NCBI GenBank assembly: GCA_039028615.1
Contig: JBCCHT010000002.1
Location: 1 to 64,000 of the forward strand
From: Myxococcota bacterium
GTDB lineage: Bacteria; Myxococcota_A; Polyangia; Nannocystales; Nannocystaceae
Direction of reading: 5' to 3'
Length of the DNA stretch: 64,000 nucleotides
Part shown: positions 19,088 to 28,137 of the stretch, in pieces
How the letters are laid out: each line of letters opens with the position of its first letter
How positions within the stretch are numbered: the stretch's first letter is position 1
Notes under the pieces: generated by a model
Databases searched by the model: none
Seen by the model: the letters and a program-made list of their open reading frames with translations, nothing else
What the model was told of the DNA's origin: nothing
Made by a program: the position numbers and the translations under genes

Positions 19088-19218
19088 GACACCAAGGTAG
19101 CACTGACGGCGCACGCATCAAAAACGCGCGATGTCGGGGGGTTGGGGGCACGGGGTCCACGGGCTGGCAGGCCCGAGCAAACAGCGCTATCACGGGCCCC
19201 CGCACGGAGGTCTGCCAC

Positions 19219-19764
19219 GTGGAACCACTCGGATTCGGAGCCCGCCTGTGGCTCGCCCTGGTCTTGCCCTTTCGGGTGCTCTTCGACGGCCAGCTCGCGG
19301 CGCGAATCGACGGCGTCGACGATGCTCCGCCCGCGCTGCCGCCCGAGCCGGAGCCCGAGCCCGAGCCGATCGAGGCCGAGCCCGAGACCACCTCGGCGCT
19401 CCAGCTGCTGACCCTGTTCCAACGCGAGGGACGCTTCGTCGACTTCCTACAAGAGGACGTGTCCGGCTTCTCCGACGCCGACATCGGCGCGGCCGCCCGC
19501 GTGGTGCACGAGGGCTGCACCCGAGCCCTGCGCGATGTGCTGACGCTCGCACCCGTGCGCAGCGAAGACGAAGGCGCCGCGGTCGAGCTGGCCGCCGGCT
19601 ACGATGCCTCCCGTACTCGCGCCACGGGCAACCTGGTGGGTGAGCCTCCGTTCCGCGGCACGCTGGCCCATCACGGCTGGGAGGTCACCAAGATCAGCCT
19701 GCCCACGCTGGTGGAAGGCCACGACCCCTCGATCGTCGCGCCCGCGGAGGTCGAAATCCAATGA
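19219..19764 (+). CDS. DUF2760-family protein (possibly GrpE-like)
   Basis: ALQLLTLFQREGRFVDFLQED...SDADIGAAARVVHEGC...GEPPFRGTLAHHGW...IVAPAEVEI; ATGA overlap with the next gene. Confidence 0.85.
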   Translation: MEPLGFGARLWLALVLPFRVLFDGQLAARIDGVDDAPPALPPEPEPEPEPIEAEPETTSALQLLTLFQREGRFVDFLQEDVSGFSDADIGAAARVVHEGCTRALRDVLTLAPVRSEDEGAAVELAAGYDASRTRATGNLVGEPPFRGTLAHHGWEVTKISLPTLVEGHDPSIVAPAEVEIQ

Positions 19765-21521
19765 TCGCGATCGGGATCGACCTCGGTACGACCAACTGCG
19801 CCCTGTCGTTCACCGACAGCGCCAGCGAGCCGCCCCGTCCGCTCCCGATTCCTCAGGTCCTGGCTCCGGGCGAGGTCGGTCCTCGCCCGTTGATGCCCTC
19901 GTTCCTCTACTTCCCGGCCCCGGGCCAGTTCGCCCCCGGTTCGCTCGCGCTCTCGTGGGTGCCCGGGGCCCGCGACGTGGTGGGGACCTTCGCGCGCAGT
20001 CAGGGCGCCACCACGCCGGGGCGCCTGGTGTCCTCGGCCAAGAGCTGGCTGTCGCACGCGGGGGTCGATCGCAGCGGCGAGATTCTGCCCTGGGAAGCGC
20101 CCGAAGGCGTGCCGCGGGTCTCTCCGCTCGAGGCTTCGGCTCGCTACCTCGCGCACCTGCGGGCGGCGTGGGAACAAGCCCACCCCGACGACGCCCTCGA
20201 CGACCAGGAGGTCGTGCTCACCGTGCCTGCGTCCTTCGATGCGGTGGCCCGCGAGCTGACCCAGCAAGCCGCGATGCTGGCCGGCTTCGAGGAGCCCCCG
20301 CGGCTGCTCGAAGAACCGCAGGCCGCTCTGTACGACTGGGTGGCCCAGCGCGGCGATGCCTGGCGGGACGAGGTCTCGGTGGGCGACGTGATCCTGGTGG
20401 TCGACATCGGCGGCGGCACGACCGACTTCTCGCTCATCGCGGTGCGCGAGGAGGACGGCACCCTCGAGCTCGAGCGCGTCGCGGTGGGTGATCACATCCT
20501 GCTCGGCGGCGACAACATGGATCTGGCGCTGGCGTACACCGTGCGGGCTCAGCTCGAAGCCGACGGCAAGAGCCTCGACGACTGGCAGATGCGCGCGCTG
20601 ACCCACGGCTGCCGCGCGGCCAAGGAGACCCTGCTCGGCGAAGACCCGCCCGAGCAGTGCCCGCTGGTCGTGCCCTCGCGCGGCCGACGACTCATCGGCG
20701 GGAGCCTCCGCGCCGAGCTATCCCGCGCCACGCTGAACGCAGTGCTGCTCGACGGCTTCTTCCCCGAGGTGGCCGTCGACGCTCGTCCTCAGACCCCGCG
20801 ACGGGTGGGCCTGACCACGCTCGGCCTGCCCTACCCTTCCGACGCCGCGATCACCCGACACCTGGCCGCATTCCTCGGTCGGGGTGGCGATGGCGACGGC
20901 TTCGTGCGCCCCACGGCCGTGCTCTTCAACGGTGGCGTCACTCGCTCACCGCTGGTTCGCGACCGCATCATGGGCATCCTGACCGCCTGGCTCACCGAGC
21001 ACGGCGCGCCCGCTCCGACCGTGCTGTCGGGCACCGACGCCGAGTTGGCCGTGAGCCGCGGGGCGGCCTACTACGCCTGGGCCCGTCGCGAGGGCGGCGT
21101 GCGCATCCGCGGCGGCACGGCCCAGTCCTACTACGTGGGCATCGAGCGCTCCGAGCTCGCCGTCCCCGGTATCCCCCCGCGGGTCGACGCCGTCTGCATC
21201 GCGCCCTTCGGCATGGAAGAGGGCTCCGAGGTCCAGCTCAATCAGGTCTTCGGCCTGGTGCTGGGCGAGCCGGTCTCGTTCCGCTTCTTCGGCTCGTCCA
21301 CGCGACAGGACGACGACGTGGGCACCACCACCACCGTCGCCCCGCTGACCGAGCTGGCGCCGATCGAGACCACGCTCGACGGCACCGAGGGCCAGATCGT
21401 CGAGGTTCGACTGCACGCACGGGTGACCGAGGTCGGCACGCTCGAGCTGTCCGCCGTGGCCGCCCAGCCCGACGACGACCAGCGCTGGAAGCTCAGCTTC
21501 GACGTTCGAGGACAGGACTGA
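19761..21521 (+). CDS. Atypical Hsp70-family protein (nucleotide-binding domain plus beta-domain, no lid)
   Basis: GIDLGTTN, SAKSWL, TVPASFD, EEPQAA, DIGGGTTD, LGGDNMD, VLFNGG. Confidence 0.9.
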   Translation: MIAIGIDLGTTNCALSFTDSASEPPRPLPIPQVLAPGEVGPRPLMPSFLYFPAPGQFAPGSLALSWVPGARDVVGTFARSQGATTPGRLVSSAKSWLSHAGVDRSGEILPWEAPEGVPRVSPLEASARYLAHLRAAWEQAHPDDALDDQEVVLTVPASFDAVARELTQQAAMLAGFEEPPRLLEEPQAALYDWVAQRGDAWRDEVSVGDVILVVDIGGGTTDFSLIAVREEDGTLELERVAVGDHILLGGDNMDLALAYTVRAQLEADGKSLDDWQMRALTHGCRAAKETLLGEDPPEQCPLVVPSRGRRLIGGSLRAELSRATLNAVLLDGFFPEVAVDARPQTPRRVGLTTLGLPYPSDAAITRHLAAFLGRGGDGDGFVRPTAVLFNGGVTRSPLVRDRIMGILTAWLTEHGAPAPTVLSGTDAELAVSRGAAYYAWARREGGVRIRGGTAQSYYVGIERSELAVPGIPPRVDAVCIAPFGMEEGSEVQLNQVFGLVLGEPVSFRFFGSSTRQDDDVGTTTTVAPLTELAPIETTLDGTEGQIVEVRLHARVTEVGTLELSAVAAQPDDDQRWKLSFDVRGQD

Positions 21522-21528
21522 CACCGCG

Positions 21529-24291
21529 ATGACGGAGGCACAGTACGCAGTCGGCATCGACCTGGGCACCACGCACTGCGTGATGGCGGCCGCGCGCCTC
21601 GACCACCCCGTCGTGCGCCGCATCGACGTGCCCCAGCTGGTCGCCCCGGGCGAGACGAGCGAGCGCGCCCTGCTGCCTTCGTTCATGTACCTGCCCACGG
21701 CGGCCGAGCTTTCCGAGGCCGACCGCACCCTGCCCTTCGGTCCTCAGGACAACGTCATCGGCGAGCTCGCGCGACGCATGGGAGCCAAGGTTCCCGGGCG
21801 CCTGGTCGCGTCGGCCAAGAGCTGGGTCTGCCACGGCGGCGTCAACCGTCGCGCCCCGATCCTCCCCTGGAACTCGCCCGAAGAGCAGCCCCACGTCTCG
21901 CCCTACGAGGCCCAGGTCGCCTATCTCGCGCACCTGCGGGCCACCTGGGACCTGCGGCACCCCGATGCGCCCCTGCCCGACCAAGACGTGGTGGTCACCG
22001 TGCCCGCGTCGTTCGACGAAGGGGCGCGGACCCTGACCTCCGAGGCCGCCGCCGAAGCGGGCCTCGGCACGGTGCGGCTGCTCGAGGAGCCTCAGGCCGC
22101 CTTCTACGATTTCTTGGGCGCCCACGTCGACGAGCTCGACGAGCGCTTGGCCGACGCCCGGCTCGTGCTGGTGGTCGACGTCGGCGGTGGCACCACCGAC
22201 CTCACGCTGCTGCGGGTGCGCCCCGATGCCGATGCCTCGAGCGGAGAGTCGCGCATCGATCGGATCGCCGTCGGCGGTCACCTCATGCTCGGCGGTGACA
22301 ACATGGACGCCGCGCTGGCCATGCACGCGCTCGATCAATCGGGACAGGCCCGCCCCGACGACGCCACCGTGTGGTCGGCCATCGTGCACGGCGCTCGCCA
22401 GGCCAAGGAGCGCCTGCTCGGGGCGGACGCGCCCGAGTCCGCCGTGATCTCGTACGTCGGCCGAGGCTCGCGGCTCATCGCCAATACCCGCAGCATCACC
22501 ATCACCCAGGAGTCGGCGCGCCAGGTCCTGCTCGATGGGTTCTTGCCGCATAGCGGGCCGGACGAGGTCGCCAAGCGAGCCGCGCGGGCCGGCCTCACCA
22601 CGCTGGGGCTGCCCTACGCCACCGATGCCGCGATCGGACGACACATCTGTGCGTTCCTGCGACGGCACGTCGATGCGGCGGCCGAGGCCGGAGCCGAGGT
22701 GGTCGATGGCCTGCCGCGCCCCGATCTGCTGCTGCTCAACGGTGGCGTCTTCAATGCACCCGCCATGATCGATCGGCTCGGCGAGGTTCTGAGCGGTTGG
22801 TACGGAGGCGAGCCCGTCCCCCTGCTCGAGCACACCTCGCTCGACACCGCCGTCGCCCACGGAGCGGTCCGGTCCGCGCTGGCTCGGCACGGCATCGGCG
22901 AGGTCATCGGCGGCGGCACGGCGCGGGCCTACTACATCCAAGTCGAAGACGCCGACGGGAACGCCAAGGCCCTGTGCGTGGCCCCGCGCGCGATGGAGGA
23001 CGGCACCTCGGTGACCGTGCCCGACCGGGTGTTCGACCTGGTGCTCGACCAGCGGGTGACCTTTCCGCTGCATGCGTTCACGGGCGACCGCGTCGACGCG
23101 CCCGGCACCTTGGTCCCGCTCGCGGGCGAGGGTGCCGACGAGCTGGAGCCCCTGCCGCCGCTCGAGACGGTGCTGCGCGACCGAGGCGCGCGAGAGGTCG
23201 ACGGCGGCCGCACCGTGCCGGTCACCCTCAGCGCCACCCTCGACGAGACCGGCGCGCTGTCGCTGTATCTCGCCACGGTGGAGCTTCCCCCCCGGCGGTG
23301 GCGGCTCGAGTTCGTGCTGCGTCGCGACACGCCCAAGGCCGACGCCCCCGAAAAGGCCGCGCCCGCCGAGCCTCCCGCTCCGGGCACCGAGGCCGCGTGC
23401 GCCAAGATCGAGGACGTCTTCGGCAACGACGACCCCAAGCAAGCCAAGGGCCTGCGCCGCGACCTCGAGAAGCTCCTGGGTCCCCGTAGCCAGTGGTCGG
23501 TGGCCACCTGCCGCGCCGTCGCCGACACGCTGTTGGCCAACGCCGAGCACCGCGGTCGCAGCGATCAGCACGAGCTGCACTGGATCCGACTCACCGGGTT
23601 CTGCTTGCGTCCCGGCTTCGGTGATCCGGGCGACGAAGCTCGACTCGACACGTTCTGGGAGCTCGGCGCAGGTGCGGTTCGAAAGACCACCAAGGCCAAC
23701 TGGGCCGAGTGGTGGATCGCGTGGCGTCGTTTCTCGACGGGCCTGTCCGCCCCACGCCAGCGCGAGCTGTTCGAGGATCTTCGACCCTGGCTGTGGCGCG
23801 AAGGCAAGCCCCCGCCCGGGCCTCACCGCCACGGCCCCACCGAGATGATGCAGCTGGTCGCCACGCTCGCGCACCTGAGCGCGGCCGACAAGGAGACCAT
23901 CGGCGAGCTGCTGCTGACCCGCGCCAAGAAGCTCGGGACCTACTGGCCGCTGGGGCGCGTGGGTGCACGGGTGCACATCGGCGGCACAGCGGCAGACGCG
24001 GTCGAGGTGGTCGCCCCGGCCGCGGCCGAGCGTTGGATCGAGCGCCTGCTGGAGCTCGACTGGGACCAGGCCGAAGGGGCCTCGTTCGCCGCCGCCTCCA
24101 TCGCGGCCATGACCGGCGACGACCGCCGTGAAGTCTCGGCCGGCCTGCGCAAGAAGGTCGCCTCGCGGCTGACCAAGGCCAAGGCCCCCGCCACCTGGAT
24201 CGAGATGGTCACCCGCCCCACCGGGCTGGCCGAGGGCGACCTCAAGCGTGTCTTCGGCGACAGCCTGCCCGTGGGGCTGCGGCTGACCTGA
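21529..24291 (+). CDS. Atypical Hsp70-family protein with C-terminal DUF3731-like helical domain
   Basis: GIDLGTTH, TVPASFD, EEPQAA, DVGGGTTD, LGGDNMD; C-terminal LTGFCLRPGFGDPGD, EWWIAWRR, WPLGRVGAR, VFGDSLPVGLRL. Confidence 0.9.
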   Translation: MTEAQYAVGIDLGTTHCVMAAARLDHPVVRRIDVPQLVAPGETSERALLPSFMYLPTAAELSEADRTLPFGPQDNVIGELARRMGAKVPGRLVASAKSWVCHGGVNRRAPILPWNSPEEQPHVSPYEAQVAYLAHLRATWDLRHPDAPLPDQDVVVTVPASFDEGARTLTSEAAAEAGLGTVRLLEEPQAAFYDFLGAHVDELDERLADARLVLVVDVGGGTTDLTLLRVRPDADASSGESRIDRIAVGGHLMLGGDNMDAALAMHALDQSGQARPDDATVWSAIVHGARQAKERLLGADAPESAVISYVGRGSRLIANTRSITITQESARQVLLDGFLPHSGPDEVAKRAARAGLTTLGLPYATDAAIGRHICAFLRRHVDAAAEAGAEVVDGLPRPDLLLLNGGVFNAPAMIDRLGEVLSGWYGGEPVPLLEHTSLDTAVAHGAVRSALARHGIGEVIGGGTARAYYIQVEDADGNAKALCVAPRAMEDGTSVTVPDRVFDLVLDQRVTFPLHAFTGDRVDAPGTLVPLAGEGADELEPLPPLETVLRDRGAREVDGGRTVPVTLSATLDETGALSLYLATVELPPRRWRLEFVLRRDTPKADAPEKAAPAEPPAPGTEAACAKIEDVFGNDDPKQAKGLRRDLEKLLGPRSQWSVATCRAVADTLLANAEHRGRSDQHELHWIRLTGFCLRPGFGDPGDEARLDTFWELGAGAVRKTTKANWAEWWIAWRRFSTGLSAPRQRELFEDLRPWLWREGKPPPGPHRHGPTEMMQLVATLAHLSAADKETIGELLLTRAKKLGTYWPLGRVGARVHIGGTAADAVEVVAPAAAERWIERLLELDWDQAEGASFAAASIAAMTGDDRREVSAGLRKKVASRLTKAKAPATWIEMVTRPTGLAEGDLKRVFGDSLPVGLRLT

Positions 24292-24294
24292 CCG

Positions 24295-25077
24295 CTAGCT
24301 CGCCTCGCTCGCGAAGTACCGCCGCGGCGTCGTGCCCAGCTCCGCCCGAAACGCGGCGACGAACGAGCTTGGCGAGCCGTAGCCGACCTCGAGCGCGACG
24401 GTGGTGACCGACGCCCCCTGGGCGAGCTGCCGCAGGGCCTCGATGAGCCGTGCCCGGCGACGCCAGCGACCCAGCGTCATCTGCGTCTGCGCCACGAACA
24501 GCCGCTCCAGCGTTCGCCGCGTCGCCCCGGCCTCCCGAGCTGCCCGAGCCAGGCTCGCAGGGTCCCCGGGGCGCGCGAGCAACCGGGTCGCGGCCCGTCG
24601 AGCCCGCGGATCGGTGGGCATGGGTAGCTGCAGCGGGGCGACCGGTAGCACCTCGAGCTGGTCGACCATCACCCGAGCCAGCCGAGCCTCCCGGGGCACC
24701 GTGCGATGCAACAACCCCACCCGCGTCGCGTGCAGCACCAGCTCGCGCAGCAGCGGCGGCACATTGACCGCGCAGCACTGCCGGGGCATTCGCTGGCGCG
24801 TCATCCCGCGGCGAAAGAACACGGTGCGCACCGCCACCCGCCCCGTCATCGTCACCCCGTGCACCATGCCCGACGGGATCCACACTGCCCGATGCGGCGG
24901 CACCACCCACGTGCCCTGGTCGGTGTGTACGTTCATCACGCCGCGCGCGGCGTAGGCCAGCTGGTCCCAGCCGTGGAACGCCCGCTCGCCGATGCCCAGG
25001 TTGGGTGGATGCGTGACCGCGTAGGTGCGAACCAAGAGGTCCGCCTCTGGATCGCGGCCTTGTCGTTTTTTCGACAT
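24295..25077 (-). CDS. AraC-family transcriptional regulator (cupin plus HTH)
   Basis: HGWDQLAYA...WVVPPHRAVWIPSG; RTLERLF; VTTVALEVGYGSPSSFVAAFRAELGTTP. Confidence 0.92.
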   Translation of the reverse strand: MSKKRQGRDPEADLLVRTYAVTHPPNLGIGERAFHGWDQLAYAARGVMNVHTDQGTWVVPPHRAVWIPSGMVHGVTMTGRVAVRTVFFRRGMTRQRMPRQCCAVNVPPLLRELVLHATRVGLLHRTVPREARLARVMVDQLEVLPVAPLQLPMPTDPRARRAATRLLARPGDPASLARAAREAGATRRTLERLFVAQTQMTLGRWRRRARLIEALRQLAQGASVTTVALEVGYGSPSSFVAAFRAELGTTPRRYFASEAS

Positions 25078-25133
25078 TTATTGACATTTTATCGAACGAC
25101 CGACACGAGCGACATCGCTAGGATCGACGAGCG

Positions 25134-25517
25134 ATGAGCAACACCGTCCAACACTTCGCGATCAATGCCGACGATCTCGACCGCGCGCGGGCCTTCTACG
25201 AGCGCGTGTTCGGCTGGAGCTTCCAGGCCTGGGGCCCGCCCGGCTTCTTGCAGATCGACAGCGGCGATACGCAAGCGCCCGGCATCCGCGGCGCGCTTCA
25301 GCAGCGACGCGAAGTCGTCCCCGGCCGGCCGATGCACGGTTTCGAGTGCACCATCGCCGTCGACGACATCGACGCCGTCGCCGAGGCCGTCACCGCCGCG
25401 GGAGGCACGATCGTCATGGACAAGAGCGTCATCGCCGGCGTGGGCACCTTGCTCTTCTTCGAGGATTCCGAGGGCAACATCGCCGGAGCCATGCAGTACG
25501 ACGCCCGGGCCGATTGA
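25134..25517 (+). CDS. VOC/glyoxalase/bleomycin-resistance family protein
   Basis: HFAINADDLDRARAFYERVFGW; VDDIDA...AAGG; FEDSEGN. Confidence 0.9.
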   Translation: MSNTVQHFAINADDLDRARAFYERVFGWSFQAWGPPGFLQIDSGDTQAPGIRGALQQRREVVPGRPMHGFECTIAVDDIDAVAEAVTAAGGTIVMDKSVIAGVGTLLFFEDSEGNIAGAMQYDARAD

Positions 25518-25556
25518 GGCCCCTGCCCCGTCGGTCGCGGGTGCTACCCTCCCGCG

Positions 25557-26189
25557 GTGCCCGAGCCCCTGCCGATCCAGTGTACTTGTGGTGCCTTGCG
25601 CGGCATCGCCAAGGACGTGACCCCCAAGCGAGTCACCCACCTCGTGTGCATGTGCGACGACTGCCAGACCTACGCCCACTGGCTCGGGCGCGCCGACGAG
25701 ATCCTCGACCCCCACGGCGGCACCGAGGTCGTGCAGATGACCCCGCGCATGGTCGAGTTCACCGAAGGCCAAGAGCACCTGCACTGCGTGCGGCTGTCGC
25801 CCAAGGGCCTCATGCGCTGGTACAGCTCCTGCTGCAAGACCCCCATCGCCAACACCCTCAACCGGCCCAAGCTCCCCTTCTCCGGCCTCGTGCACCTCGC
25901 GTTGCGGCAGGGCGACGCCGAGCTTCCCGTCGATCGTGTGGGGCCCATCCGCTCGCGGGTCAACGGCCGCTTCGGCCACGGCGACCTCCCCGAGGGCTCC
26001 CACCCCAGGGCCCCCTTCGGGGTCGTCGCCAGCGCGGTGGTCGACCTGTTCACCGCCTTCGTCCGGCGCGACCACAAGCCCACGCCCTTTTTCGATCTCG
26101 AGACGGGCGAGCCCGTGGTCGAGCCCACCGTGATCAGCAAAGAAGAGCGCAATCGGTGCCGCGCGCTGCTCGGGCCCATCGAGGCCTGA
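25557..26189 (+). CDS. DUF6151 family (GFA/Mss4-like zinc-binding) protein
   Basis: CTCGALRG, CMCDDCQTYA, GGTEVVQ, RLSPKGLMRWYSSCCKTPIAN. Confidence 0.8.
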   Translation: MPEPLPIQCTCGALRGIAKDVTPKRVTHLVCMCDDCQTYAHWLGRADEILDPHGGTEVVQMTPRMVEFTEGQEHLHCVRLSPKGLMRWYSSCCKTPIANTLNRPKLPFSGLVHLALRQGDAELPVDRVGPIRSRVNGRFGHGDLPEGSHPRAPFGVVASAVVDLFTAFVRRDHKPTPFFDLETGEPVVEPTVISKEERNRCRALLGPIEA

Positions 26190-26202
26190 GCACGGCCGCC
26201 GC

Positions 26203-26811
26203 TCACCACCGATAGTGATAGCGCGCAGACGAGTCCTCGGACTCGATCTTCATCGAGCAGTGGGTCGGCCCGACTCCGCAGATATCGAACGTGCTTCGCT
26301 GCACGCCATCCCAATAGACGAACGCCTCACGCGGCAGCCCTCTCACGTAGTGATAGCGCACTTGCACGAGGACCTCGGTGTCCTGCGCCTCGACCAGATC
26401 GAAGGTCACCCCCTGGAGCTGCTGCGCCATGATCTTGGGCAGCCTTCGGAAGAACGCCAGCGGGCTGGTGCCGAATAGACGCAGCATGCCCTCCACCATG
26501 GGCTTCATCGTCTTCATGGGACCCCGCAAGATCGACGAGCTCGCGACCGCTCGCATCTGCTCGTCGTCGAGCGTGCCGTGCAGCGCGACGAACACGTAGG
26601 AAAACGCCACGGCCGGCATCCAGGCGCCGCCAGTGGGAGGGTGCTGCATCAGCTTCGCCACCGCTTCGGGCACCTTCGCGAGCACCTGGTCATGGAGCCC
26701 CTTTTGCTCGAGCGCGGACACCAACCCCTTCCACGCGGACGCCTTGCTCTTGAACCTCGCCGCATCTGCGGCGGTCAGCCCAAACTCGACGCCGAGATGC
26801 TCCGGTTCCAT
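26203..26811 (-). CDS. Myxobacterial hypothetical protein (DUF2378/H-NOX/V4R-like fold suspected)
   Basis: ATG at 26811 preceded by GGAGGA-like RBS; pattern W(M)P...LRLFG.SP..FFRR...YW.G resembles myxobacterial DUF2378-like proteins. Confidence 0.5.
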   Translation of the reverse strand: MEPEHLGVEFGLTAADAARFKSKASAWKGLVSALEQKGLHDQVLAKVPEAVAKLMQHPPTGGAWMPAVAFSYVFVALHGTLDDEQMRAVASSSILRGPMKTMKPMVEGMLRLFGTSPLAFFRRLPKIMAQQLQGVTFDLVEAQDTEVLVQVRYHYVRGLPREAFVYWDGVQRSTFDICGVGPTHCSMKIESEDSSARYHYRW

Positions 26812-26940
26812 TCCTCCATGGTCGCCGCGACCAAGCGTCACGGTCACGCGACTTCGAAACCGAACGAAGTTTTGGTTGGTTCCCCGATGGGTGGTCAGCA
26901 AACCTCGGAGCCCCATACGGGCCGGTCGACCAACCTGCTC

Positions 26941-28092
26941 TCAACGCGTCTCGTTCGGGTCGGGCGGAGGCGGCGGAGCGGTCAGCTCGACGTGCAGCGA
27001 CACCCTCCCGGTGGCCGTGCCCTCTGCTCCGAGCATCACCGCCCAGATGCCCGGCCGCAGGTCGGCCTCGATGACGTCGCCCGCCACCATCACCAGCGCG
27101 TCGTCGTCGACCTTGCTGCTGGGCGCCATCCAGTCGGTCATCACTCCGCGGTGGCGGCTGCCGTAGGGGTCGAAGACCTCGACCCAAGTGCCGGGGTCTC
27201 CCTCGACCCGCAGCACCGCGCCCACGTTTTCGGGCACGCTCACCCGCCGCACCTGGTACATGCCGCGACGCTCGTCGGGCAGCGGGCCCATGGTGTCGAC
27301 CGAGTCGCAGTCGAGCATGGCGTCCACGGAGAACACCATCGCCTCGGGGCCTTCGATCTCGTCGTCTTCGTCGATCTCGTCGATCGGCAGGACCGGCGTA
27401 CGCCCGTAGCTCAGCCCCTCGTAGGCGCTGGAGGCCTCGGTGCGGTACTTCGCCTCGATCTCGCGAATCGAGCGGCCCATGATCTGCTCGAGGGCGTCCT
27501 CGAGCCGCTCGGGCGCGGCTCCGTCTTCGACCTCCATGGCCAGCCGCCGCACGCCGTTGATGCCGCGGTGCTGGTAGATCCACCGCATGAAGTGCGAAGC
27601 GGCGTTGTAGTCGAAGCCGCCCTGGCGGTAGGTCGCCCGCGAGACCCGTAGCCGCTCGGCGGGGCCACTCTCGTCTTCGTCGGGATCGTAATAAACACCC
27701 ACTCCGGACAAGAGCTCGGCCATGCCTTCTTCCAGGAAGTAGCTATGACCCTCGGAGTCGAGCGATGCATGCGTCATTTCATGCGTGATGCTCCAGCCGC
27801 GGGCGAACATCATGCGAGTCGCGGGGAAGAAGCAGCCACCACGGTCTTCACCGCAGATGTCGGCAATGCCCTCTCGCATCCAATACAGCCGATAGGGCTC
27901 TTTCCGAGCGATTTGGCCCAATCCGTGCTCGACCTCTTCGAGGTGCTCGTCGAGCGTCCACAAGGTGCCTTCACAAATTGGATCATCGAACTCGGGGGCA
28001 ATCTGTAGCCGGTCGGTCTCATACTTGACCTCGGGCAATGGGCTACATGCGGTGAAGCCTACGACGACGAGTGTTGCGACGATTGCATGCAT
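26941..28092 (-). CDS. Lipoprotein with HExxH gluzincin-like motif
   Basis: Lipobox GFTAC; HEMTH...FLEEGMAELL; start at MHAIV. Confidence 0.7.
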   Translation of the reverse strand: MHAIVATLVVVGFTACSPLPEVKYETDRLQIAPEFDDPICEGTLWTLDEHLEEVEHGLGQIARKEPYRLYWMREGIADICGEDRGGCFFPATRMMFARGWSITHEMTHASLDSEGHSYFLEEGMAELLSGVGVYYDPDEDESGPAERLRVSRATYRQGGFDYNAASHFMRWIYQHRGINGVRRLAMEVEDGAAPERLEDALEQIMGRSIREIEAKYRTEASSAYEGLSYGRTPVLPIDEIDEDDEIEGPEAMVFSVDAMLDCDSVDTMGPLPDERRGMYQVRRVSVPENVGAVLRVEGDPGTWVEVFDPYGSRHRGVMTDWMAPSSKVDDDALVMVAGDVIEADLRPGIWAVMLGAEGTATGRVSLHVELTAPPPPPDPNETR

Positions 28093-28137
28093 CAAAGACT
28101 GAAAGCTGAGCACTGGTCGTTTCGTTGGCCGACCAGT

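Noticed and set aside
19761..21521. Calling this gene dnaK or hscA
   Set aside because: It lacks the canonical linker and lid and has no dnaJ/grpE or isc context; it belongs to a distinct Hsp70 subfamily.
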